Source: Vulcanimicrobiota bacterium
GTDB lineage: Bacteria > Vulcanimicrobiota > Vulcanimicrobiia > Vulcanimicrobiales > Vulcanimicrobiaceae
Direction: 5' to 3'
DNA length: 64,000 bases
Assembly (NCBI GenBank): GCA_963795855.1
Contig: CAWCIZ010000002.1
Location: 128,001-192,000, forward strand
Part shown: one piece after another, positions 19,421 to 29,393 of the stretch
Position numbering within the stretch: position 1 is the first letter of the stretch
Layout: each line of letters opens with the position of its first letter
The notes under the pieces: model-generated
The model's input: only the letters and a program-made list of their open reading frames with translations
What the model was told of the DNA's origin: nothing
The model's database searches: none
Position numbers and translations under genes: made by a program

Positions 19421-19891
19421 TTACCATCTGTAGTGCGCGAAGGCTTTGTTCGCCTCCGCCATTTTATGCGTGTCCTCGCGCTTCTTGATCGCAGCGCCCT
19501 GATTGTTTGACGCGTCCATCAGTTCGGCCGCCAGCTTCTCTTCCATAGAGCGTCCGGCGCGCGAACGCGCGAAGCCGATCAACCACCGCATCGCCATCGC
19601 CTGACGCCGATCCGGACGGACCTCCATCGGCACCTGATAGGTCGCACCGCCGACCCGGCGCGGGCGCACTTCCACCAGCGGCATCGCGTTGGAGAGCGCT
19701 TGCGAGAACACGTCCATCGCATCGCGACCGGTCTTTTCGGAAACGATCTCGAGCGCGCCGTAGGTGATCTGCTCGGCCAACGACTTTTTGCCGCGGAGCA
19801 TGATCTTATTAATGAAGCGCGCGAGCACTTTCGAATTGAAACGCGGATCGGGCAGAATCTGCCGCTTCGGTGCGGGACCTTTACGAGGCAT
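19421..19891 (-). CDS. rpsG: 30S ribosomal protein S7
   Basis: [26 protein letters not shown]. Confidence 0.98.
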   Translation of the reverse strand: MPRKGPAPKRQILPDPRFNSKVLARFINKIMLRGKKSLAEQITYGALEIVSEKTGRDAMDVFSQALSNAMPLVEVRPRRVGGATYQVPMEVRPDRRQAMAMRWLIGFARSRAGRSMEEKLAAELMDASNNQGAAIKKREDTHKMAEANKAFAHYRW

Positions 19892-19902
19892 GTAGTTCCT
19901 TT

Positions 19903-20343
19903 TTACTTCTTGGCAGTACGCTTGGCGCCGTATTTCGAACGGCCTTGCTTGCGGTTTGCGGTGCCCGAGGTGTCCAGGGTCCCGCGGATGATGTGATAGC
20001 GAACGCCGGGCAAATCTTTCACGCGGCCGCCGCGCACGAGCACGACCGAGTGCTCCTGCAGGTTGTGGCCGATGCCCGGAATGTACGCCGTAACCTCTTC
20101 GCCGTTCGTCAATCGGACGCGAGCCACTTTACGAAGCGCCGAGTTGGGCTTCTTGGGCGTCACGGTCTTGACTTGCGTGCATACGCCGCGGCGCTGGGGG
20201 TTGCCGGCCACTTCGAACGAGCGCAAGGGCAGGTCGGGGTGACCCGGCTTCGGACCGGTCTGGATGACGCGGAACGCGGGTGTCTTGACCTTCTTTTCCG
20301 CCTTCTCGCGGCCCTTACGAACCAACTGACTGATGGTCGGCAA
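19903..20343 (-). CDS. rpsL: 30S ribosomal protein S12 (TTG start, long loop insertion)
   Basis: [30 protein letters not shown]. Confidence 0.98.
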   Translation of the reverse strand: MPTISQLVRKGREKAEKKVKTPAFRVIQTGPKPGHPDLPLRSFEVAGNPQRRGVCTQVKTVTPKKPNSALRKVARVRLTNGEEVTAYIPGIGHNLQEHSVVLVRGGRVKDLPGVRYHIIRGTLDTSGTANRKQGRSKYGAKRTAKK

Positions 20344-20407
20344 CTACTGACTCCTACTCACACACACCAAAAGTCGGCCACACCTTCCGGTGCGACCGAA
20401 CTTTGGG

Positions 20408-20436
20408 AGTATATCAAGGTCTCCTAGCCGAGTCAA
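20408..20436 (-). promoter_or_regulatory. Sigma70-type promoter of the str operon
   Basis: TTGACT-17 nt-TATACT with extended -10 TG; the leader holds hairpin TCGGTCGCACC-GGAA-GGTGTGGCCGA. Confidence 0.75.
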
Positions 20437-20557
20437 CGACGGGTGCGCCCCGCGCGAACGCAGCGAGTACGCGCCCGCCTGCGCGGACGGGCAGGCGATC
20501 CGGCCGCTACGAAACTGCCGGGCGGGGACCTCGTACATGTCCTAAAGGAGTACGACG

Positions 20558-22465
20558 ATGCGTCTTTCCTCATATCCGCCTTCTTCGCTCGCGTTCGATT
20601 GGCTCATGGCGGTGCTCTCGGCGCTCGTCATGGCAGGCGTCGTTCAAGACGGTTGGGCGCACGCGCACGGCCTCGTCGACCAGAGCTTTTCACGCCGTGG
20701 CACGCCGTTCTCTACTCGTGCATGGCGTTGAGCGGCATCGTCCTCGGCTTCACCGGGCTGCGCAACCTGCGGCGCGGTTATTCGTTCAGGGGCGGATTAC
20801 CCTACGGGTACTGGACATCGCTCGTCGGCGTCGTCGTGTTCGCAACGGGCGGCGTCTTCGATTTGTTCTGGCACACGCTGTACGGAATAGAAACGGACAT
20901 CACCGGTCTCATCAGCATTTCGCATCTCTGGCTCGCGCTTGGCGGAGCGCTGCTTTTCGCGGGACCGATTCGGTCCATCGCCCATCGGTACGGCGCCGGC
21001 GCCGGCGGATGGCGCGTGGTGGGTCCACTCGTGCTCTGCTGCGCCGCACTGCTCGTGCTGCTCGGTTTCTTCACGCAATACGCGTCCCTATTCGCGGACG
21101 GCACGACCTCGCAGATCATCGAATGCGAACGGCGCATCGCTCACCGGCGGAGAACTGTTTTCCGTGCGCGCGAACAGCGCGAACGAAACGCGCGTGCTCG
21201 GCATGCCGCGTCACGACATGTGGGGAGCGGCGGTTTCGCCGGACGCAAGCATGGTGGCGTATCGCGTGCAAAACGGAACATCGAGCGGCGGGCTCGTCCC
21301 TTCCAATCTCTACGTTGCGCGCGCGGACGGATCGCATGCCGTGCAGATCACGCGTTCCGGCAACCACGATACGCAGGTCGCATGGTCACCCGACGGAACG
21401 CGCATCGCCTACGTTTCGATGCCTGCTGGAACGTCGGGGAATTTTTCGATCCTCACGGCAAACCGGAACGGCGCAAACGCGCGCACCATCGTGACCGGAA
21501 CGACGACGGTCCAGAATCCGACGTGGTCGCCGGACGGACGCTGGATCGCCTTTCAATCGCGAAACGGGATCCGCCAGCAACTTGCCGTCGTCGCCTCGCG
21601 CGGTGGGCCGGTGCGCTGGCTTGCATCGACGGCGGGCGGTGCGGAGCCGTACTGGGCGAGCACGGGAGCGATCGTCTTCGACAAAGACGACGGTTCGCTG
21701 TGGCTCACCCGCGCTTCGGCTTCAAGCGCGCAGCTGCTGAACGTGCGCGGATCGGAACCGGCGGTTTCGCCGAATGGGAAGCGGATCGCCTACGTGTCGA
21801 GCGCCGGCGGAGCCGCGCAAATTTGGATTGCGCGCATCGACGGAACGCACGCCGCCGACGTAACGCAATTGGCCTGGCAAGACGCAAGCCATCCGTCGTG
21901 GCGATCGAATACGGAGGTGCTCTTCACAGCCGCCGGTCAGCCGGCCGCAATCTACACGGAGATCGGCAAAACGTACGGCATAGACGCGGTGATCGTTTCG
22001 TCGCTGATTATGATGGGCGTGATCCTGCTGCTGGTTCGACGCTGGCGCCTGCCGCTCGGTGCGATCACGGCACTGCTCGGCCTGTATTCCATCGCGCTTG
22101 CGACGCAGGCCGACACGTATTGGGACATCCCGGCGGCGCTCATAGCAGGCATCGTTGCGGATACTGCGATCGCCCTGCTGAAAGATCGTGCTCGCGCCGG
22201 AAACGGCTTCTATATTTTGGGATTCGTCATACCGTTCGTCATGAGCGCTGCGTACATCGGCTCCGTCCGCTTGCAGAGCGGCGCGCTCGGGTGGCCGCCG
22301 AATATGACGATCGGTTCGCCGTTCATCGCCGGATTCGCGGGTTTGCTCGTCGCATTTTGCTTCGCGCCGCCGCTGCCGGCACCGAGCAGTGCGGAGCAGG
22401 CGTTCGTTTCGCCCGAGGTCGCGGGCGCGCGGCCGTTCGGCGGCTCGACGAACGTCAGTGTTTAG
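20558..22465 (+). CDS. Polytopic membrane protein with D-x3-H/FTPxH motifs and an inserted TolB-like (PD40) propeller; two frameshifts (~20690, ~21120)
   Basis: AAGGAG + ATG 20558; reconstructed QDGWAHAHGLVDQSFFTPWH and DLFWH..GIE...SISH; repeats AWSPDGTRIAY, PTWSPDGRWIAF, PAVSPNGKRIAY. Confidence 0.7.
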
Positions 22466-23168
22466 CGAACGAATCCGAGAGCAGTTTGAAATCGAAGAGC
22501 GAACCGCCGAGTTCGCCGCCTTCGTTCGAATCCGTAACCAGATGCCCGGATTTGGGAATCGTCATCCCCGAATCGTAGATCAGCGTTCCGGCCATCGTCG
22601 TAACGCCGTTGCCGGTGCGCGTAACGCGCTTGACGTTCATCGTGACGACGTTCCCATCCGCACCGGTAACCGTGAAATCAGTCGTGCGGCTCGCTTTGCC
22701 GTCGTTGAGCGGCTGAACGGTTTGCCAGTGGTTATTCGTGTCTAACCGCGACGTGTCGTAAAATCCGCGTCCGAAATACGAGAGCAGCGAATCGATCTCT
22801 TCGGTCACGGCACCGGCTTGCTCGAGATTCTGATCGCATACCACGTTGTCGGGGTTCTCGTAAACGGCGCATCTAACGGCCTGCATCGGGTGATCCGCTC
22901 GGTCGACTTGCTCGTGCGCTTCAACGACGAGGCCGCCGTCTTTCGTAGCGGAAAGCACGTTGACCGTTATCGTTCCGGAGCGTCCGCCCGTCATCGTCAT
23001 CCCGCCCAGCGCCGTATCGCCCGACGTGCTGATGCTGGTCGAAGACATGAACCCGTGCTCGTCGATGTTGAAGTGATAGGTGACGACGCGCAGAGGCGCG
23101 CTCTGCGCCGCAACCGGGAGCGCGAGCAGAAGCGCCAGAATCGACCCGCCGATAAGAATCTGCCGCAT
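22455..23168 (-). CDS. Secreted hypothetical protein
   Basis: Signal peptide LLLALPVAA; 237 aa, beta-rich. Confidence 0.7.
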   Translation of the reverse strand: MRQILIGGSILALLLALPVAAQSAPLRVVTYHFNIDEHGFMSSTSISTSGDTALGGMTMTGGRSGTITVNVLSATKDGGLVVEAHEQVDRADHPMQAVRCAVYENPDNVVCDQNLEQAGAVTEEIDSLLSYFGRGFYDTSRLDTNNHWQTVQPLNDGKASRTTDFTVTGADGNVVTMNVKRVTRTGNGVTTMAGTLIYDSGMTIPKSGHLVTDSNEGGELGGSLFDFKLLSDSFAKH

Positions 23169-23217
23169 GCCGGCTTTTTACGCGGGGTGGGACGCCGCTT
23201 CCTCCGAAAACGCTTCC

Positions 23218-24378
23218 GTGGCGCAGACCAGACTCGCCGTTCTCGACGGGTTGCGCGGCATTGCCGTGCTCCTCGTGCTGTGGTATCACGTCTGGGAAAT
23301 TTCATGGGCGCCGGCTCCGATGCCGTCGCTGCAGTTCATTCCGGAAACCGGGTTTGCCGGCGTCGATCTCTTCTTTTACATCAGCGGTTTCGTCATCGCG
23401 TATCCCTTCGTTGCGGCGCTCGCGCGCGGTGAAGCGCCGCCGCAGTGGGGCCACTTCGCGTACCGCCGCGCGATCAAGATCCTCCCGTCATACGTCCTGT
23501 GCATCGTCGTACTCATCGCAATCGGGTATGCGCGATTCGCAAACGCCGGTGACGCGTTGCGCGACGTCGTTACGCATCTGCTGTTCATTCACACGTGGTG
23601 GAGCAGCACGTACGGATCGATCAACGGGGTGCTATGGACGCTCGCCGTAGAGGTTCAATTCTACGCAGTCTTCCCGCTCTTGTGGCTTTGCTTCAAACGC
23701 GTTCCGTGGCTTACGGCGGGCGCAATGGTCGCGATAAGCCTCGTCTATCGCTCGTACGCGGCGCAGTGCTGTTATCACACCTTCATGGAACAGCTGATCG
23801 ACAACTTGCCGGGATATCTCGATATTTTTGCCGCCGGAATGATCTCCGCACATCTTTTCGTTCGCTGGAGGGAAGCGCGCCGCGCGTGGACGCCTGCGGT
23901 TGCGACGCTTGCGGCAATCGCGGGATTCGCGATGCTGACCGTGCTGCTGCAGAACCTGTGGTCGGTACGCACGGCCGATCAGTGGTCTACCGTCTGGCAG
24001 ATTCACAACCGCACGCTGGTGGGCGTCGCGTTCACGTTCATGGGTTTGGGATCGCTGCTCGCAGTTCGCGCCTGGCAACGGCTGCTCGCGAACCCGCTGC
24101 TGCTCTTCTTTGCGGCGATATCCTACAATCTCTATCTCTATCATCAGGCGCTCGCGCGGCTCATGCTGCAGTGGCGCGTTCCGCCGTATGCCGGCAGCGA
24201 CCAGCACGCCGACCCGCACTGGGAACTGACGTACACGGTAGCGGCCTTCGCCGTGACTATCGCGCAAGCCGCGATCGTGACGTACGCGTTTGAGCGTCCC
24301 TTGCTGCGCGTCCCGTTTGTACGCGTTCGCGCCCTGTTGGCGCGCGGCAAAACGAAGCGGGCACTATCGCACGTGTGA
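23218..24378 (+). CDS. Acyltransferase family 3 (OafA-like O-acyltransferase); start uncertain
   Basis: LDGLRGIA, GVDLFFYISGF, RRAIKILP, LWTLAVEVQFY, ISYNLYLYH, FERP. Confidence 0.9.
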   Translation: MAQTRLAVLDGLRGIAVLLVLWYHVWEISWAPAPMPSLQFIPETGFAGVDLFFYISGFVIAYPFVAALARGEAPPQWGHFAYRRAIKILPSYVLCIVVLIAIGYARFANAGDALRDVVTHLLFIHTWWSSTYGSINGVLWTLAVEVQFYAVFPLLWLCFKRVPWLTAGAMVAISLVYRSYAAQCCYHTFMEQLIDNLPGYLDIFAAGMISAHLFVRWREARRAWTPAVATLAAIAGFAMLTVLLQNLWSVRTADQWSTVWQIHNRTLVGVAFTFMGLGSLLAVRAWQRLLANPLLLFFAAISYNLYLYHQALARLMLQWRVPPYAGSDQHADPHWELTYTVAAFAVTIAQAAIVTYAFERPLLRVPFVRVRALLARGKTKRALSHV

Positions 24379-24842
24379 GACTCCGCTCGCAATCCGGCAT
24401 CACGCTCGTCGAAACGGCGGTTGCGGCCGGCCTCGTCGCAATTGCTGCGGGAACCGTACTCTACGGCATCGCAATGTTCGGCCGATTCGCGGGGCAGCAG
24501 GGTGGCGCCGCGCGCATGGCCGCACTGCTGACCGCGGAGCAGACCTTGCGCATCGCGCAGGATGCATGGAAGTACGGGACGCCGGGAGATGCGCCGAACG
24601 GTTCGCAAACCATATCGCTTCCGCTCTCCGCGTCGACGACGCAGCCGGCGCTTATGACCACGACGCTGAGCCCCAGCGGAGCGTCGGCGCAGATCACCGT
24701 TTCGATTCGCTACACGCCCGAGCCGGGACGCGGCGATCCCGGCGTCGTGAGCGTCTCGGGGAACGTTTACGCGAAGGCGCCGCTTCCCGGATCGCAGATC
24801 GACCGCCCCGGTCTCGTAGCGATGCCGAGCGGCGCGCCGTAA
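24375..24842 (+). CDS. Prepilin-type (pseudopilin-like) protein
   Basis: QSG|ITLVE type IV prepilin cleavage motif plus hydrophobic helix. Confidence 0.7.
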   Translation: MRLRSQSGITLVETAVAAGLVAIAAGTVLYGIAMFGRFAGQQGGAARMAALLTAEQTLRIAQDAWKYGTPGDAPNGSQTISLPLSASTTQPALMTTTLSPSGASAQITVSIRYTPEPGRGDPGVVSVSGNVYAKAPLPGSQIDRPGLVAMPSGAP

Positions 24843-25565
24843 ATGCTCGCCGGCGCGCTTTTCTACGTTGCGCTCTTGGTGCTCGTCGGTACGACGATTC
24901 TCTCCGCGGGGTTGGCGATGACACGTATGACGGTGACGCGCATGGCTCGGCCGTATTTGGCGACGGGATATCAGCGCGCGGCGTCGTCGCTGCAGCGGAG
25001 CGTGGCCGCGCAAATGCAGTCCGGCGGATCGCCGTATCCGGCGCCGGCCTTCACGCCGATCCCCGCTGCGTGCGCCAACGCGGCGTGCACGTACATGACG
25101 ACCGAAAGGATTACACTCTCATCCGCACCTCCAAGCGTTGCGTCTTCGTGCGACCCGGAAGAGACGAACTGCGCGGCAAACGTGCAGACCAACGGGTACG
25201 TCCGCGAAGGCCGCATGAGCGCCCTCGTGACCGTAACGGTGCAAGACGCGAACGGCGCGAAAGTTGCAACGCAGGACAGCACGGTGATCCTGCGCACCAT
25301 GAGCACGCCGCCGTACGCCGCGATTGCCGGCGCGCGCGACGCAGCGTTCGACGACGTCGTGAACGCTCACGCGCCCGGAGACGACGGTGGGGCGGCACCG
25401 GCGACGCCCAACCCATGCACGTCCGCTATACCGGGCGCGGCGGACGATACGGCGGTCCGCGTCGCGTACCGAAATCAAGCAACGAACGCATGCACCGACG
25501 GGAGCAGTTGGGCGAGTTCGTCCTATAGCGCGCCGTCGTCGACCGCCGGGTGGGGATCAGAATGA
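24843..25565 (+). CDS. Membrane-anchored hypothetical protein, possibly PilX-like minor pilin
   Basis: N-terminal TM helix, Cys pairs, abuts the prepilin gene. Confidence 0.5.
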   Translation: MLAGALFYVALLVLVGTTILSAGLAMTRMTVTRMARPYLATGYQRAASSLQRSVAAQMQSGGSPYPAPAFTPIPAACANAACTYMTTERITLSSAPPSVASSCDPEETNCAANVQTNGYVREGRMSALVTVTVQDANGAKVATQDSTVILRTMSTPPYAAIAGARDAAFDDVVNAHAPGDDGGAAPATPNPCTSAIPGAADDTAVRVAYRNQATNACTDGSSWASSSYSAPSSTAGWGSE

Positions 25566-26324
25566 AGTGATCGCTTGCGCGATTTCTTCCGGCGCCTCGA
25601 TCGGCAGATTGTGTCCGGCGTCGCGCAGCGTAACGAGCAGACATCCGGCGATCGCCTGTGCAACTTCGCGTTTGGCTCGGCTTGGCGGCACGAGCGGATC
25701 TTTTCCGCCGGCGATGCACAGCGTCGGCGCGGTGATGAGCGCGAGCCGCTGCGCGAACGCCTCGAATCTGCCGCGATCGTACCAGCCGTACCAATGCTCG
25801 AACTGCGCGACGAGCGCATCTTCGACAGTGCGCTGCAGTATGGCCGGCTCCGGCTGCCGCGTCATCGCGGCGCGCTGAAACGCCGCGATCTTCTCTCGGC
25901 TGCCGTAGGCGTCCAGCGCGGCAAGACGTTGTCGTTCACTCGGCGTCCCGCCGGCCGCCGTTCCCGGTGCGGCGAGGATGAGCTTCGCCAGATTCTTCGG
26001 GCGTTCGCTTGCGAGATATTGCGCCACTTTTCCGCCCATCGAATGCGCGGCAATGACGACCGGCGAGTCGATGGCGGCGAGTGCGGCTCGCGCATCGCAA
26101 ACGTAGCCGAGCAGGTCGTGCCCATCCCGCGGACGATCGCTCAAACCGTTGCCGCGAAAGTCGAGCAGGTGCATCGTGAAGCGGCCGGGATCCAAGCGCT
26201 CGACGACGTCGTACCACATCCGCCGCGCGCTGATCCACCCGTGTAGAAACAGCACGTGCTCTTCGCCGTTTCCGCGGCGCTCCATGCAAAGCTGCACGCC
26301 GCCGTTGTCGACGAACTCCAACAT
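25557..26324 (-). CDS. Alpha/beta hydrolase
   Basis: FLHGW, DFRGNGLS, AHSMGG nucleophile elbow, AGH..P.EAP. Confidence 0.9.
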   Translation of the reverse strand: MLEFVDNGGVQLCMERRGNGEEHVLFLHGWISARRMWYDVVERLDPGRFTMHLLDFRGNGLSDRPRDGHDLLGYVCDARAALAAIDSPVVIAAHSMGGKVAQYLASERPKNLAKLILAAPGTAAGGTPSERQRLAALDAYGSREKIAAFQRAAMTRQPEPAILQRTVEDALVAQFEHWYGWYDRGRFEAFAQRLALITAPTLCIAGGKDPLVPPSRAKREVAQAIAGCLLVTLRDAGHNLPIEAPEEIAQAITSF

Positions 26325-26352
26325 GTCCCAGGAGGTTGGCGTTTCTGCGGGT

Positions 26353-27288
26353 ATGACCTGGAGCACCGTGAACCCGCGCGCCATCGTCTATGTCGGACTG
26401 CTCTACGTCATATTTTGCTGGTCGCTCAACACGGTGATCTTGAAATACGCGTTCGGCGTGTTCGATCCGCTTGCGCTCACCGGCATGCGATTCATCGCGA
26501 TGACGCCGCTCGCGTTCGTGCTCGCGAAGATCATGGGCGAACGCATCGTCGTGCACTGGCGCGATATGCCCACGCTTATAATTTGCGGCGCTTGCGGATA
26601 CGGCGCGTACCAATACCTTTGGGTCATCGGCTTGGCGCACACGACGCCGTTCGCGTCGGCGCTGCTCGGAGCGCTCGCACCGGTGATGACGCTCGCCGTC
26701 GTTGCGCTCTCCAAGCAGGAACGCATCAGAAGCGGACGCTGGGCGGGCGCGGTCATCGCGCTGTTCGGGGTCGCGATCTTCGAAGGCGCATTTGCCGGCC
26801 ATGCGACGTTTCGCAGCGGCGACGGGCTTACGCTGATCGCAACGGCACTTTTTGCGCTCTTCAACGTTTTCAGCGCCCGCGTACTCGATCGTTACACGCC
26901 GGTTTCGTTCGTGGCGATTACCATGACGATCGGAACGCTGATGATCTTGCCGGGCGCGGTTCCGCGGCTGCTCCATCAGGACTTCTCGCGCGTTCCACTT
27001 CTGGACTGGGGCATTTATCTGTACGCGGTCTTGTTTCCGATTCTCCTCACGTATCCGGTTTGGAGTTACGGCATCTCGCGGATCGGCGCGGCCCGCACCT
27101 CGCTGTTCCAATTCGCCACGCCCGTGCTCGCCGGACTGCTCAGCGTCGCGATTTTGAAGTCCGAGATCGAGCCGCATCAGATCGTCGGCACGGCGGTCTG
27201 CATCGGCGGCATGGCGCTCTCGCAGCTCATCGGAAAGCAGTCGCTATTCGCGTTGTGGGCGCAGCGCACGCAGGGCGTGAAGCGCTAG
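26353..27288 (+). CDS. DMT/EamA family transporter
   Basis: About 10 TM helices in two EamA-like repeats. Confidence 0.85.
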   Translation: MTWSTVNPRAIVYVGLLYVIFCWSLNTVILKYAFGVFDPLALTGMRFIAMTPLAFVLAKIMGERIVVHWRDMPTLIICGACGYGAYQYLWVIGLAHTTPFASALLGALAPVMTLAVVALSKQERIRSGRWAGAVIALFGVAIFEGAFAGHATFRSGDGLTLIATALFALFNVFSARVLDRYTPVSFVAITMTIGTLMILPGAVPRLLHQDFSRVPLLDWGIYLYAVLFPILLTYPVWSYGISRIGAARTSLFQFATPVLAGLLSVAILKSEIEPHQIVGTAVCIGGMALSQLIGKQSLFALWAQRTQGVKR

Positions 27289-27304
27289 CGCTGAAGTCGC
27301 GCCC

Positions 27305-27499
27305 ATGAGCAAGCGCTTTTCTTACTGGCTCCTGGCGGTGCCGTTCGTCGCGACACTCGTCCCGCCGTTCTACGCTCGCCGCGAGCCGCCGCTGTTCGGG
27401 TTTCCGTTTTTCTATTGGTACCTGATCGTGTGGATCGTGCTGTCTGCAGTAGTAGTGTGGATCGTGTACCTGCTCACGCGCGAGCCCGGTCATGAGTAG
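27305..27499 (+). CDS. DUF3311 small membrane partner of a solute symporter
   Basis: PFYAR.EP.LFGFPFFYWY; overlaps the symporter start. Confidence 0.85.
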   Translation: MSKRFSYWLLAVPFVATLVPPFYARREPPLFGFPFFYWYLIVWIVLSAVVVWIVYLLTREPGHE

Positions 27500-29000
27500 C
27501 GGCACCGCGATCTTCATCGCGCTTGTCTTGGGCGTGACGGTGTTAGGATTTCTCGCGGCACGCTGGGGACGCACCGGCCTGAACACACTCGATGAATGGG
27601 CGCTGGGCGGCCGCCGCTTCGGAACGATCGTTTCGTGGTTCTTGCTCGGCGGCGATCTGTACACCGCATATACGTTCATAGCGGTTCCGGCGCTCGCGTT
27701 CGGAGCAGGCGCGCTTGCGTTTTTCGCCGTCCCGTACACGACCATCGCGTACCCGCTCGCGTTCCTCATCATGACGCGCTTTTGGATCATTGCGAAACGG
27801 CGCGGCTACGTCACGACCGCGGATTTCGTGCACGATCGGTTCGGCAGCCGTCCGCTGGAACTCGCCGTCGCGGTCACCGGCGTGCTCGCCGTGATGCCCT
27901 ACATCGCCCTGCAGCTCATCGGCATGCAAGCGGTGCTGCAGCGCGCCGGCGTTGCATCGACGCACGCGTCCGCGCTGCTCTTTCTGATGGTTGCCTTCGT
28001 GCTGCTTGCCGCGTACACGTTCACCAGCGGTTTGCGCGCGCCGGCGATGATCGCATTCGTGAAAGATACGCTCATCTACCTGACCGTCGTCGTCGCCTTG
28101 GCGGTAATTCCGTCGAAGCTGGGCGGCTGGGCGCACGTCTTCGGCGCCGCGCAAAGCGTGCTGGCGGCAAGACCGAAGCCCGCTTCGATCGTGCTCGCCC
28201 CGAGCTTGTACTTCGCCTATTCGTCACTCGCGTTCGGCTCGGCGCTCGCGCTGTTCATCTATCCGCACTCCGTCACGAGCGTTCTCAGCGCGAAAAGCGC
28301 GCAGGCCATTCGCAGAAACTGCGCCCTGCTTCCGCTCTACAGCCTGCTGCTGACGTTCATCGCGCTGCTCGGCTACTGCGCCTTGGCGGCGCACGTTAGC
28401 GTCGGCAAGAACACGAACGCCGTAATCCCGCAGCTGTTCGCGCAATTCTTTCCGAATTGGTTCGCCGGTATCGCGTTCGCGGCGATCGTGATCGGCGCGC
28501 TCGTCCCGGCAGCGATTATGTCCATCGGCGCCGCGAATCTCTTTGCGAGCAACATTCTGCAGTCGTTTCGAGCGCGTCAGGCGCGGCCTGCATCCGAAGT
28601 CAACACGGCGCGCTACGTCGCGATGCTCGTACTGGCGGGCGGATTTTGTATCGCGGTCTTCGTGCGGCCGCAGTTCGCCATCGATTTTCAACTACTCGGC
28701 GGCGCTTGGATTCTGCAGATTTTTCCGAGCGTCATCCTCGGACTCTACACGCGTTGGTTTCATCCCGCGGCGCTGCTCGCCGGCTGGGCTGCCGGTATGA
28801 TCGTCGCGACATGGATGGCCGCGGCGACGAACTTTGCCACGTTCTTTCCGCTGCACGTCGGCGGCGCGGTATTGGCCGGCGCGAACATGTTTTACGCGTT
28901 CGTGCTGAATTTGGCGGTCACGGCAGTACTTACGCTCGTCCTCGGAGCGCTCAAGGCGGGCGCGGGCACGGACGTTACGACCGCGGCGGATTACGCATGA
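27492..29000 (+). CDS. mctP: Sodium:solute symporter, MctP-like monocarboxylate permease
   Basis: LDEWALGGRRFG, WFLLGGDLYTAYTFIAVP, SGLRAPA. Confidence 0.8.
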   Translation: MSSGTAIFIALVLGVTVLGFLAARWGRTGLNTLDEWALGGRRFGTIVSWFLLGGDLYTAYTFIAVPALAFGAGALAFFAVPYTTIAYPLAFLIMTRFWIIAKRRGYVTTADFVHDRFGSRPLELAVAVTGVLAVMPYIALQLIGMQAVLQRAGVASTHASALLFLMVAFVLLAAYTFTSGLRAPAMIAFVKDTLIYLTVVVALAVIPSKLGGWAHVFGAAQSVLAARPKPASIVLAPSLYFAYSSLAFGSALALFIYPHSVTSVLSAKSAQAIRRNCALLPLYSLLLTFIALLGYCALAAHVSVGKNTNAVIPQLFAQFFPNWFAGIAFAAIVIGALVPAAIMSIGAANLFASNILQSFRARQARPASEVNTARYVAMLVLAGGFCIAVFVRPQFAIDFQLLGGAWILQIFPSVILGLYTRWFHPAALLAGWAAGMIVATWMAAATNFATFFPLHVGGAVLAGANMFYAFVLNLAVTAVLTLVLGALKAGAGTDVTTAADYA

Positions 29001-29386
29001 AGACGGTGCAGCCCGACGGATGGAAACGCCCGCGCGGCTACAGCAACGCAGTCGCGGCACGCGGCGAGCAGATTTTCATCGCCGGTCAGATCGGCTGGAA
29101 CGAACGCGAAGAGATCGTCTCCGCCGATTTCGCCGAACAGACCGCGCAAGCGCTGCGCAACATCGTCGCGGTATTGCACGCCGCCGGCGCCGGGACGGAA
29201 CATCTGGTACGAATGACGTGGTACGTCACCGACAAGAGCGAATATACGGCCGCCGCGAAGCGCATCGGCGCGGCGTACCGCGCGATCATCGGCTCGGTCT
29301 ATCCCGCCATGACGCTGGTGCAGGTGACGGCGCTGCTGGAAGACGGTGCGAAAGTCGAGATCGAAGCTACGGCGGTCGTTCCCTAG
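28997..29386 (+). CDS. RidA/YjgF family protein
   Basis: GYSNAV, IAGQIG, YPAMTLVQV..L, KVEIEATA. Confidence 0.9.
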   Translation: MKTVQPDGWKRPRGYSNAVAARGEQIFIAGQIGWNEREEIVSADFAEQTAQALRNIVAVLHAAGAGTEHLVRMTWYVTDKSEYTAAAKRIGAAYRAIIGSVYPAMTLVQVTALLEDGAKVEIEATAVVP

Positions 29387-29393
29387 GGCGCTG

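Noticed and set aside
15861..19488. Long plus-strand ORFs (499 aa, 428 aa) opposite tuf and fusA
   Set aside because: Antisense shadows of codon-biased genes in GC-rich DNA; no motifs
20443..22578. 711-aa ORF as a real protein
   Set aside because: Only ~20690-21120 is the true frame of a frameshifted gene; the rest is off-frame
23166..23169. Divergent genes sharing one CATG start
   Set aside because: The acyltransferase more plausibly starts at GTG 23218, just before the LDGLRG motif
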